Below, piece after piece: positions 20,548 through 31,714 of a stretch of 64,000 nt of DNA. Origin of the DNA: Blepharisma stoltei ATCC 30299. Its lineage: Eukaryota; Protista; Ciliophora. Where the stretch lies: contig CBFDEM010000038.1 in assembly GCA_965603825.1 (NCBI GenBank), forward strand, positions 62,001-126,000. Direction: 5' to 3'. The notes beneath the pieces are model-generated. The model was not told the origin of the DNA, did not search any database, and saw nothing but the letters and a program-made list of their open reading frames with translations. Both the position numbers and the translations under genes were made by a program. The number at the start of each line of letters is the position of its first letter. Positions within the stretch are counted from its first letter, which is position 1.

Positions 20548-23058
20548 TTATGTGGAAAGCTGGATGATCGTGTCAAGCATAGAGTTAATTTCGTTGATGC
20601 TCATTTGCAAATTATTGCAGTCTTTGTCGAAAGCCTCAATTCTTTCTCTGTAGTACTTAAACTGTTCACCCAAGAACTGGAAAACCATATGTATTTCTTT
20701 CGCTTTGCTAGCGAACTGTGTAAGGAGTGGGTTTTCAAGCTCATCCACGTTCAAAATGTCTAAAATTTTTACAGTATCAGCAGCAAGGTCGCCGCAAGCG
20801 ATTTTATTAGCAATTTCGTGCATTCCTCTTTCTTCTGCGATCATGATTGCTTTGATTTTTTCGACTAGAGATTTGATATTTGGCAACCCTTTTTTTGAGA
20901 TCGATTTTTTGCGGGCGAGGATTTTAAGCACTTGGTTTTTCCACCTTAGCAAAACTTTGGTGCTGGTAGAATATGATGGATCATATCTATAACATTTTAT
21001 TGTATCAATCCCAATTTGTACAGTCAAAATGTCTTGTTTTACACTGTCAAATATATGAAGGTTTTTTCTTACTTTTGATAGCTTGGCTTTTAGTGGAGTG
21101 AAGTTATTAGCTATTTCGTCTAACTTCTTAGACGAAAGAACAAGAACCTTGGTCGGCTCCACGGCTCTATAAGACACCAGCATTTCTCCTCCAACTAGTC
21201 CCAGTTTTGAATTTATGATGCTCCCCATTTTGAGCTCATCCAATACCAAAACCATAGCATAATGGCTTTTATACCCGCTTTCAATATTTTTCACGCTTTC
21301 CCATTGACCCTTCCCTTCCTGATTTACAATTGTATGCAGCTCTTTATCTTTTACTGTGATTGTAACGTGGACACAGCCTTCCACAATAACATAAATTTCA
21401 TCAACTCTTTCTCCATAGTTAAACAAGTACTCATTAGCAGCAAACTGCTTTGTGCCTAAAGTGTATATTAATTCATCAAATTTATCAGCTGAAAGACAGC
21501 GCAAATAAGGGATATTAGTCATTGTTGTTTTTAAAAACACTTTCCAGTGGTCCATGTAATTGCTAGCGCATTGCAAAAGCATTTCTTTCGCCTCAGGGAA
21601 ATTTTTAATCATGTCGTGGAAAGACTCTTTGGTAAGCGCAGCTAGGTTGGCATAAGTGGTGGTCTTGACTGTAGCAGTCCTTTCAGTATTGTAAAGTAAA
21701 GCAATTTCTCCGAAATGGTCACCTCCTCCTAAAATCCTGATTTTGTGGGCTGCTTTAAGTTCGTCAAGCACTTCAATTTCACATTTTCCGTCCGCAATAA
21801 AGTAAAATTCTTCAGCCTCACTGTACTGAGTCACCACTGGATAGTCTGGCTGGTAAAATTGGTTTTCCATTTTACTGAGAATGAACTCTAACAAAGAGCT
21901 TGGGGAATGAATAAGCAGCACATTTCTCTCGAAAATAGGCCGATATATGGTTCTGTTTACTTCATTTCTAAGACTTGGAGGCAGCACCTTAATAAACTTT
22001 TCATACTCTTCATGCTTCTCTAATATATGATACGTAGCGAATAAGAAATCTGCAATTCTCACTTGTAGCTCGTCAGGGAGTTGCATGTTTTTCATTGTTG
22101 TATAGACTTGGTCTTGGACTTCTGCAAAAATGGCAGCTTTTTTATTCATTTCAGTCATAACGTTTGCGATTTCTCCAAACATCACGGCGCACACAATGGC
22201 TCCTGCAGCATATAATACATCTACTGTTGCGTAGACAGTGAGTCCTCTTCCTCCAATATCAATGCCTACTAATAAGAAGAGGACATGGTAAAAACAAAAC
22301 CAATACTGTTTTCCTACAGTTGTGGTGTATAGATCCGTGTAGCCCATATAGAGATAATCTGTAGGAGGCACCCAAACTTTGTCGTCGTCAACTATCATAA
22401 ACCAAAAGCATGCCATTACATGAACTATGAGTAGCAAGATGATCAACAGGCTAATCAGCCTGTACATCAGCTTCACTTTTTCTTTTGCCCTCACGAATAG
22501 CTGGACTTTGGAAAATCTTCATATTCTGATCATTTTTAAGCATCTCAGAAGGCAGTATTTATCTCCTGACTCTCCTGCTCCATATACAATAAAATCGAAT
22601 GGGATAGTTATAACAAGATCCCAGAAGAGCTCCCCACTGATGATATATTGTTTCCAGATCATTCTGCTGTCAAAAACCTCTCGGTCATGCTCATTTATGA
22701 AGCTTGTTCTGAAATTCAGCATGATGTCGAGAAAGAAAATGACATCAATAATGATATTGACAGCAATAATCCCACCTGATCACAGTCTATCAGGTGTGAA
22801 GGCCACAAAAAACGGAAGGTAAATGCAATTGTATAGGGCGAGGGCTATGATAAATAAATCCCAGCAGATTCGTGGCTTTCCTTTGATGCTAAATATACAT
22901 TTTGGCCTGACTTGGATAAACCTGTGGGTGGTATAGGTGGTGGGAGACTCATAGTTGTGGACTAGTGTGGCCTGCTTGTTTTTTATGCTCATTACGAGAG
23001 GTGCTTCTTCGAAATAGGTAGGTTCGCTCCCTGGAACTGCTGATGGTGCTATTTTCAT
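20548..23058 (-). CDS. 6-TM cation channel with cyclic-nucleotide-binding domains (EAG/HCN/CNG-like)
   Basis: Three ORFs join via TGA. WDLFII..LYNCIYLPF, DIMLNFRTSF, S4-like LRCLKMIRIWR, C-linker LPPSLR, HFGEIALL...RTATV, and a second degenerate CNBD. The start is taken as the first in-frame ATG. Confidence 0.88.
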
Positions 23059-23285
23059 GTATTTTTTATTAAATTCAAAACTACTCTGGTTTCTTTTCAA
23101 ACGCTCATAAAAAAATTTAGATATATCATTTATACAGTTAATATAGCTGAATTAAATCAGTTGAGTTTTATATTAAGGCTACTTCTTATATTTAGTATAA
23201 TTTATGGGTTTATTTTTCAAATGTCTCTTTATGCAAAGCTATTCATATTTTAGAGAATCCTGCAAGCTATATTGCAACAAAATAA

Positions 23286-24389
23286 ATGGGACAAATTTGT
23301 AGCATAGAAGAGCCAGGGTTAAGACCGCAGCCATTGCATGGTAAAGCTTTAAGCGAAAGAGTAGCAAAACTTGAAGATAGAAGAGATACGACTGAGTCTG
23401 ATTTTATAATTTTGAATCAAAGCTCTATAAAAGACGTTTCCCCAGATGACAGAAATAGTTTGGCAAAGTCATGAAGCGTTTTATCCTCAAGAAGTACACT
23501 TTACAGTGAAAATGCCCTAGAAGATAGAAAAAGCACCAGTTTGGGAAATGAAATTGGACAAGCTAACGATGCTAGATCACAGGCCCAATCCTTACACCCT
23601 AACAAAATTTTTTCTTGTGCACTGGATTTTGAAGAATACCCAGAAACTGTCAGCAAATTTTGAATCCCAATCGAAAAAATGACTGAAATTGGAAAATTCA
23701 ATAAAACATTTGTTCAAAATGTAAAGCAAATAAAAGAAAAAGGATTCGGGGCTTGGAGAAAAAGCAGGGGAGATGGAAACTGCTATTATCGTGCTGTATT
23801 TTTAATGTACCTGGAAAATCTGTTTAGCTTTAGATATGACTATACTGAGACGTTGTGAAATTTGATAAATTTCCTTGAAAATATGGATTATGAGATTCCT
23901 TTTACTGATTTTTTGGACAATAAGCTAAAGTTTATTGCTTATATGAAAATCCTTATGAAAGTCAAAGAAAGTAGCTATACAGATGCATTCGTTGAATTTA
24001 AGAGAGTAGCACAGGTTAGAGATTTTGATTTAGCTATGATTGCAACTGCAAGGCTTTTGGCAGCCTATAAAATTGCTTCAAATGACCCTAGCATAGCACC
24101 ATTCATTTTTGAAGATCAGGAAATGATGATTATGCAGATTCTTACTATGGGGGAAGAAGCTGAAGGCATTGCTTTGCTGACTCTGCCAATATCTCTTGGT
24201 ATTCAAGTTATTCAGTATAACTTTTTTGATAAAGTTGTAGAACAGAAATTCCCTGAAGAAAATGACTCAAATTTCTCACCTATATTCATAATTCGTAGAG
24301 GTGGGCATTATGATATTTTATGTAAAAAATCAGACCTGGAGGCTCAAAATTATGATTTGAAAACTGGAACCTATTTACTTCCCTTATAA
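23286..24389 (+). CDS. Otubain-like (peptidase C65/OTU) deubiquitinase
   Basis: WRKSRGDGNCYYRAVF and RRGGHYDIL catalytic motifs. TGA=Trp joins the fragments. The N-terminus MGQICS is a possible myristoylation signal. Confidence 0.88.
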
Positions 24390-24463
24390 AACTGATAATC
24401 TCTCTATTCCTAACTGTAAAGCTTTTACCACTCCAATAATTTAAATATTCAAATAATTAATAT

Positions 24464-25036
24464 CTATTTAGCGAGAAGAAGCTTCAAACACTCCAGTCCA
24501 CAAAACGGCTTAAGTGTTTTTGGCTGCCTGTACTTTGCCTTTTTCCCACATTCACAGACTTTTTCACTTCTTTCCTTAGGTGGCGTAATTTGTAAAATTT
24601 TCAGCATTGGCAGTGCTGGAGGCAATTTAAGACTGCTATAAGGTCCTTTGCTCCTATACGTAATGCACGGGGCATCGATTTTGTTTTGCCTGACAGCCTG
24701 GACAGCTTCTTTCTTTTTGCTGCCAGAGCTTTCTTTCAGAATCCTGTTTATCAAGTTCGGATTCAGCTCATTTGACGACTTCCCAGCAGCTCTTTTCTTT
24801 GGCAGCTTCAAGTCGCTGGAGCCGCCCATTTCGTCAAATTCATTCATAACGCTGGGGTCGGGCGTATAATTCAGGCTGACAGAACTCTCCTCATTTGAAT
24901 GTTGTGAGCCACGCGAAGGCGATTTAGTTTCAAAGTTGGAGTGGCCGTTGCCCGTGTTATTTTGGCTTGGGTCTGCTTTGCGCTCGCCTACAACTTTTCC
25001 GTCAATGACAAACTCAATACTTGACCAGTGCTTCAT
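24464..25036 (-). CDS. Protein with C-terminal HIT/YL1-C-like zinc finger
   Basis: CECGKKAKYRQPKTLKPFCGLECLK at the C-terminus. Confidence 0.7.
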   Translation of the reverse strand: MKHWSSIEFVIDGKVVGERKADPSQNNTGNGHSNFETKSPSRGSQHSNEESSVSLNYTPDPSVMNEFDEMGGSSDLKLPKKRAAGKSSNELNPNLINRILKESSGSKKKEAVQAVRQNKIDAPCITYRSKGPYSSLKLPPALPMLKILQITPPKERSEKVCECGKKAKYRQPKTLKPFCGLECLKLLLAK

Positions 25037-25105
25037 AGCCTAATATTTTAGGAATCTAGTGGGATAACCCTATTTAAGAATTTTTGTTTAATTTAGAAAT
25101 ATTTT

Positions 25106-27202
25106 CTACTCAGGCGTTTGGATTGAAAACAAGTCTTTCAGCTTGGAGGCGTGGCGTATTAGAGCTGTCACGATTTCTGAATTAAATGACACCTTTATGC
25201 AGGACAGGACATAGTTGTCTTCTAGGGTGGTAGCTAGAGCATTAAAAACGTCTCTTGTGACAGGCAAGCCTTGCATGTCTAAATACAGCAGTGAAAAATT
25301 GCTTCTTAAAGACTCTGCAAGTCCAATCATATCTTCAGCGACCAGCCCTTTACAATTAGAAATCGTCAAAGAGTTCAGCCCATGGAAATGCTCCATATAC
25401 TCTGTAAACCTGCCAAACGCCCTTGACGTAAAATCGTTAGAGCCTATATCCAGCTTCATTTTTGGCTCCACATCTTCTTCTTGCTCTATCAAACTTTTTG
25501 CTTTATTTAATAGTGCACAGACTGCATACAGTCCTTTATCTTCCATTCTGATATCATTCAGCTCTAATGAATAAAAAGGCAGCTGATGTATAGCTTTAGG
25601 CCAATAAAGGTGCTCAAATCTGACAGAAAAAGCTCGAAATAATGACTCAACCCCTTCGTCACAAATGGCATTGTGCGAAAGGTTCAGGTTAAGAAGGGTG
25701 TTCCATCTGACTTCTTCTTGTTTAAGAAGCGTTGCAATTGCAATTGCTGATTTTGACCCGAGATGGTTTCGGCTTAAATTTAATGTGTCTACTCTGGTGC
25801 AGCCCATTAGTAGCTCACATAGTAGGACTATGTCAGGGTCTCTAAGTTCACAGTTTTCTAGCTCAATTATCTGCAATTTGGTATGTGCAGGCAAAGAGTA
25901 AGCCAAACAGTTTAAAAAAGTTTCTTTAATTTCGACATCTTGGAGAGAAATTCGTGAATAATTGAGGTCTTGGAAATAATTAATGAAATCAGCCAAATAT
26001 TTGTCAGTTGTTTCGAGGTATTTTTTAAAGCAGATTTGGTTGTGCAGGATCACCCTCCAGCCGTTGCCTAATTTGTCATTTAAAATTGTAAGCTTTTTAT
26101 TTGAGCCTTCAATAGTAAAACATTTTTCTTTGCCGACTTCGCATGGTGTCACGAACTCTGAAGGTAGCGTCATTATCCCTTTAGCAAAAGAGCTTTGGGA
26201 GTCTCGATATCAATATAATGTGAATCCTCTTAAAACAAGCCATCTCTGATGGAAATTTGTAGTTCCTGCTCTTTGTTTTTTCACATAGCCAAATTTGATG
26301 ACTTCTCCATTTGTAGTTTCTAAAGGAGTGGCCACCTGCAAGATATTGCTAACTGCTGCTTTTTTATAGTCTCTTAAGTTCAAGGCTTCCAATTTTGGCA
26401 GCTCAGGCTTCGTCTTATAAAAATTCGCATCCCTTCTGGCTGCTCTTTCTTCACTAAAGCAATTAATTTCTTCTTCTGAGTCAGACTCGCTCTCACTTTG
26501 ACTGTTTTCTTTTTTTATTGGACTTTTGTTTGTTAATGTTATAGATTTTCTCCTTGTGCTCGACCCGACTTCTCTAGCATTTTTTGATATATCTAGCGCA
26601 CTTAATCTTCTGGTTGTATGGAATCTGAAATTTTCTTCATTTCCTTTTATAAGCTCTTTTAGTGTTTCTGCGTTTTCATCTTGCAACACAATTACAAAGC
26701 GATTTGGGTCTTTTCGTTTCCCAATTTTTCGAATTTCTTTTGGGACTCAAAAATTTGAAATATCATTAATGACGCTTCGGAAAATATTTTCTACTGGAGG
26801 ATGGAGAACAACCATACGTTGTGGGACTGGAGGCAGTACTCTGTTAATAAGTTTTTGGTTTTCTTCAGCTATTATAGAAGTCCTAGTTTTGGCGAGATCT
26901 TTTATGATACTATCTGTATAGGAAATTGACTTGATTTTAGAAGTGAGAGAAGCGATTATATCTTTTTTGACTGGTGCAGGAGACTTGGCTTCTTTTTTGA
27001 AGAGTTTTGAATTGATTGATTTGATCATTTCGTCTGGGGTTAGTTTTGGGGCTCTACTGCGCTCTGGAGTTTTGGACTGTGGTAGTTGTAATTTAGGCTT
27101 CACGAGAGGGGTAAGTAAGCTTAGGAGTTCTGTTGCTGAATATTGTTCAGTTTTGGCTTCCGGCTTTTTCTTAATAGAATCAAGATAATCTTTAATATTC
27201 AT
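25106..27202 (-). CDS. PH-domain plus RNI-like leucine-rich-repeat protein
   Basis: Three ORFs are in one frame via TGA 26747 and 26210. IKFGYVKK...RWLVLRGFTLYW(TGA)Y is a PH motif, followed by LNLSHNAICDEGV-type LRRs. Confidence 0.88.
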
Positions 27203-27308
27203 TTCATATTAAAATGCAGAATGATTATTTTAATTTAGGCTTAAGTAATAGAATTCTATATTAGAAGAAGTCTAAAGTAATAAGAATTCTCCCGATTTGA
27301 ATAAAAAT

Positions 27309-27671
27309 ATGGGTGGGTGGAGATATACAATTTTTCAATGTTTTGATAATCCAGGGATGTGCTTATGGGCCTGCTGCGTTCCTTGCGGCATGTCCTGCAT
27401 GCAGGCATGTGATGCAAAATATTCTGACCCTGACAACAAAAATGCATTAATAACTGCGTTTCTTTGTTCTTGCTGTTTAGGATGCATTGGGTCGGTTTAT
27501 AATCGATATAAACTTAGGAAAAAACTTCATGTAGAGGATAGCATTCTATATGATATCTTATTTTGGTGCTGCTGCCCATGCTGCTCTGCGACACAAGAGT
27601 GGATGACTGTCTTTTCCGAGAAAAAAGCAAATCAAAAGGTTACAATATGGGAGCTTAAAAATCAAGCTTAA
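27309..27671 (+). CDS. PLAC8-family Cys-rich protein
   Basis: WRYTIFQCFDNPGMC..ACCVPC, NRYKLRKK, CCCPCCSATQE. Confidence 0.9.
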   Translation: MGGWRYTIFQCFDNPGMCLWACCVPCGMSCMQACDAKYSDPDNKNALITAFLCSCCLGCIGSVYNRYKLRKKLHVEDSILYDILFWCCCPCCSATQEWMTVFSEKKANQKVTIWELKNQA

Positions 27672-27676
27672 TTATA

Positions 27677-28618
27677 ATGAATTTGACTATAATATTTAGC
27701 ATTTCTTTAGCAATCCTCGTAGTAAGCTGGTATATCTCTGAGTACACCCATTTCCACCACACCCCAAGGATGGTCACTAAAATCTTTGCAGCTGAACTCG
27801 ACAAGGACTCGAAATCTGGAAAAATATTCAAGGTAATTGGAGGGGAAAACCAAAATATCGTCGACCCCTTTTTATCATTCGAGCATTTCATATTAGAAAA
27901 GCCTTATGGATTTAACGATCACCCACACAGAGGCACTGACAAGGTTACTTATATTATTGGAGGCGAAATGATATATGAAGATTTTAGAGGAAACGTAGGA
28001 GCACTATCTGCAGGAGACGCAATGTGGATGACCAGTGGCAAAGGAATGGTCCATGCAGAAATGCCTTTGAGTGACACTGTAGAAGGGGTCAGGGTAGAAA
28101 TTTTGCTGAAAAATGACTTCAGGATGTGTGACCCTGCTTATCAATATTTAAAAAGTGACGAAATTGCGACTGCTGAAGACAGTTATGCAAGGGTTAAAGT
28201 AATTGCAGGAGAAAGCATGGGGAGGGCTTCACATACAATTACACGAACTCCTGGGCTGTTCTTAATTTTTGATCTTGGGAAAGGCGGGGAGGCGTTCCAA
28301 GAAATCCCACAAGGCTGGAATGCAGTCATATATGTCCTGCAGGGTCGAATCGAAATCCAAGGTGACGAAATCAAAGCAAGGCATGGAGCAGTTTTATCAC
28401 AATGGGATAATGATCTTACTGTAAAATCCAAAAAAGGAGCAACTTTCATTTTAATAGCAGCTGAGCCTATGGACGAAATGATGGTGCAGTTCGGCCCTTA
28501 CGTGATGCCTAACTATCCACTAGTAGAAAAAGCTCACCGTGACTTTAAGAACGGCCAAGATGGCTTCGAGGGTGCTCCTGAATGGAAATCGACCATAGGA
28601 AAGCAGCTTAATCAGTAA
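27677..28618 (+). CDS. Pirin-family bicupin protein with N-terminal signal peptide or anchor
   Basis: DPFL, GFNDHPHRG, WMTSGKGMVHAEMP, GPYVM motifs. Residues 4-19 are hydrophobic. Confidence 0.9.
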   Translation: MNLTIIFSISLAILVVSWYISEYTHFHHTPRMVTKIFAAELDKDSKSGKIFKVIGGENQNIVDPFLSFEHFILEKPYGFNDHPHRGTDKVTYIIGGEMIYEDFRGNVGALSAGDAMWMTSGKGMVHAEMPLSDTVEGVRVEILLKNDFRMCDPAYQYLKSDEIATAEDSYARVKVIAGESMGRASHTITRTPGLFLIFDLGKGGEAFQEIPQGWNAVIYVLQGRIEIQGDEIKARHGAVLSQWDNDLTVKSKKGATFILIAAEPMDEMMVQFGPYVMPNYPLVEKAHRDFKNGQDGFEGAPEWKSTIGKQLNQ

Positions 28619-28659
28619 AATAATACAAAATCTTAAAATCCTATATTATAATATAAGAA

Positions 28660-30174
28660 ATGGGCAGCAGTGTCTCATCAAACCCAAAAACTCTACTAGA
28701 CTCAATCGACTCAGGCCAAGAGCTAGACACCCAAACACTAGTCCGATTCGGCGCACAAATAAACGCCTTAAACAAAGAAGGCTACTCTCCGTTACGTGTA
28801 TCTCTAGAACATGGCCGAGTATCAATGTTTAAAGCGCTTTATAAGGCAAAAGCATTAATTATCCCAGAACTTTCTCAGCGAAAAACGCCTCTTCACAGAG
28901 CAGTTGAACTCGGCCATTATAAATTAGCTTGGATGCTCCTTCGCGAGCATTCTTTATTTGGAAACTTTAAAAATCAGCAAGATGCCTATGGTAACACCCC
29001 ACTCCACGTAGCAGTTTTGAAAGGAAATTCAGATATGGTGGCTCTTCTGCTAAAATACAACGCAAGCAGAGACGTTTTGAACTCGTCAGGGAAAACTCCT
29101 CACGAGCTGGCACTGGAAAGCAGAAGTCAAATGGCTGACGAAATAATTGAGCAGTTTACCTTAGAAGACTGTATTTCAAAAGGAAATCGGACCCCTATAT
29201 TAGATGAAAACCAGCCTAATAGAGAGCAGAGGTCGACACAAGGGTCGAAATCGACGCTAAAAGTAGAAGAAAGCATTGAGGAGCCGATTACGCTACTAGA
29301 GCAAGCCTTAGCGGACAGCAGACTGACAATTATTAAAGGTGAAGAGCTCGAATTTCAAGATGTCTTGAACAGAGGCTCAAGCTGTATAGTATTCAAAGGC
29401 AAATGGAGAGGCAGTGAAGTCGCCATAAAACAGTTTAAACTCGAGTACAGCACTTCTGAAAAGGATTTACAGAAATACATTAAAGAAATGCAGGTTTTGT
29501 CACAGATCAGGCATCCTAATGTGTTACTGATCATGGGAATTTGTATAGACCAGCCTAATTTGTGCTTAATCACTGAGTATGTCCCTAACTCGTCCCTTTT
29601 CTATGCAATTCATAAAAACAAGGCAAGAATCCTGACGCTGTCAGAAAGATTTAATATAGGGATACAAATTTGTAAGGCTTTGGCTTACCTGCACACAAAT
29701 GACCCTCCAATTATTCATAGGGATCTGAAGCCTGAAAACTGCTTGCTTGACCATGCCATGAATGTAAAACTCGCTGATTTTGGGCTGGCGAGGCCAGTTT
29801 CGTCATTTTCTGCTGAAGAGTCTCAGTCAATGACTACAATTTGTATTGGTACCACACGATTTATGGCTCCAGAGCTCTTTGACAAAGATAAAGTCGACTC
29901 AATTGGCGTAGAAGTTGACATATGAGCCCTAGGCTGTCTTCTCATAGAGCTTTTCAGCAACAAAAGACCTTGGCACTACATATCAAGCTCAAAAGCCAGC
30001 AACATTTTCTACGAAATTTTCAATAAAAAGCCAATCCCCATCCCTGATACCATAACTCCCGAAGTCAGCCTCATAATCCAAGAATGCTGCAGGTACAACC
30101 CTCGCAGACGGCCACGCATAACTGACGTCCTTGACCGACTTGAAAGAGCTAAAAGCACGTATATTCTTAGTTAA
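28660..30174 (+). CDS. Ankyrin-repeat TKL-type protein kinase
   Basis: TPLH ankyrin repeats; VAIK, HRDLKPEN, DFG, APE, DIW(TGA 29923)ALG; TAA at 30172-30174. Confidence 0.93.
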
Positions 30175-30229
30175 TGTATGATTTGTAAAGATTTAATCAC
30201 AGTAACTTTCCATTTATCTGTTGAAAAAT

Positions 30230-31588
30230 ATGAGATCGATCTTAGTTCTCGCCTGTTTAAGCGTTGCTTTAGCAGCAATAAGCGGTGACCTTGTAAAACA
30301 GATTCCTCAGGCCCCTGCAAATCTTCCGTTCACGATGTACTCAGGCTACCTTAAAATCCCAAACTCTCAAGGACGACAAATTCACTATGTTTTCTTCACC
30401 AGCCAAAATAGTCCAAGTAAAGATCCTCTTGTACTGTGGCTCAATGGTGGTCCTGGATGCTCCTCTATGGAAGGCGCCTTTATGGAGAACGGCCCATTGG
30501 TGTTTTCAGAGCACGAGATGAAAATGAGCGTGAACCCTTATTCGTGGAACCTAAACGCCTCAATGCTATACTTTGAAGCTCCAGCTGGCGTTGGGTATTC
30601 CATTATGGGTAATATTGCTAACAATAACACCAATGATAACCAGACAGCTGCAGACAATCTCCAAGCCTTGCTTCTTTGGTTCCAAGGCTTCCCTGAATAC
30701 AAAACTAACACCTTTTACGTTTCTGGAGAAAGCTATGCTGGCATCTATGTCCCTACCTTAGTCTACAACATTTTGCAATACAATACAGCCAATCCTACAA
30801 CAAAAATCAACATCCAAGGATTTTTGGTAGGAAATGGAGTCACTGATTGGACAGTAGACGCTGATAATGCTTTTGCAGAATTCGGATGGTGGCATGGTCT
30901 GTTTGGCTATGACTTGTGGAACAGCTGGGTGAATAATAACTGCTCAGCTTTTAGTGACGAGCCTATATGTGTAAAAAACCAGAACACCATGTATGATTTA
31001 TTCACCGATATAAATTTCTATGATATTTATAGACCTTGTGTGTACCCTGATTTTGACTATACAGCCTCTCCTGCTTATGCGAAGTTTTCTAATGCAGTCA
31101 AGCTCGGAGGAGTTGTTAATTGTGTCCCTGATATAGGACTGACCCAGTATCTTAATTTGCCAGGTGTGAGGACAGCTTTTCATATAAATCCAAATTTGGG
31201 AGCTTGGCAGGAATGCACAAATTTGAATTATAATACTGACTATACAAGAGGCTCAATTTATCTGTACCCAACACTTTTGAACCCTGCAAATGGCCTGAGG
31301 ATAAGGTTTTATAGTGGAGATACTGATGCCGCAGTACCGACTATTGGAAGTAGACAATGGATCGAAAACTTAGTAACTAAAGGCGTGATTTCTGTGACCA
31401 AACAGTGGAGAGAATGGCCTTTCAACCAACAAGTGGGAGGAATGGTCATTAATTATGCACCTTCAGGATCAACGACACCTAACTTTACATTTATGACGAT
31501 CAGGGGAACTGGACATATGTCAATCCAATGGAAAAGACCTCAAGGATATCACATGTTCATCACTTTTATTCAAGGGATTGATCCTTAA
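30230..31588 (+). CDS. Secreted or lysosomal serine carboxypeptidase (S10)
   Basis: Signal peptide; WLNGGPGCSS, GESYAGIYVP, SGDTDAAVP, GTGHM. Confidence 0.95.
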   Translation: MRSILVLACLSVALAAISGDLVKQIPQAPANLPFTMYSGYLKIPNSQGRQIHYVFFTSQNSPSKDPLVLWLNGGPGCSSMEGAFMENGPLVFSEHEMKMSVNPYSWNLNASMLYFEAPAGVGYSIMGNIANNNTNDNQTAADNLQALLLWFQGFPEYKTNTFYVSGESYAGIYVPTLVYNILQYNTANPTTKINIQGFLVGNGVTDWTVDADNAFAEFGWWHGLFGYDLWNSWVNNNCSAFSDEPICVKNQNTMYDLFTDINFYDIYRPCVYPDFDYTASPAYAKFSNAVKLGGVVNCVPDIGLTQYLNLPGVRTAFHINPNLGAWQECTNLNYNTDYTRGSIYLYPTLLNPANGLRIRFYSGDTDAAVPTIGSRQWIENLVTKGVISVTKQWREWPFNQQVGGMVINYAPSGSTTPNFTFMTIRGTGHMSIQWKRPQGYHMFITFIQGIDP

Positions 31589-31714
31589 TTGATTAAACGG
31601 ATATTAAACCATTAATTATGTTTTTAAACGTTAATGTAGTCTCTATAATGCTATTATACAAATTAATATAATGCAGCGCATGTTTAAATGCCTTTTATAT
31701 TAATAAATACAGAT

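Noticed and set aside
23597-23604. CCCTAACA heterotrich telomere-like unit
   Set aside because: A single copy inside a CDS, expected by chance. There is no telomeric array in the window.
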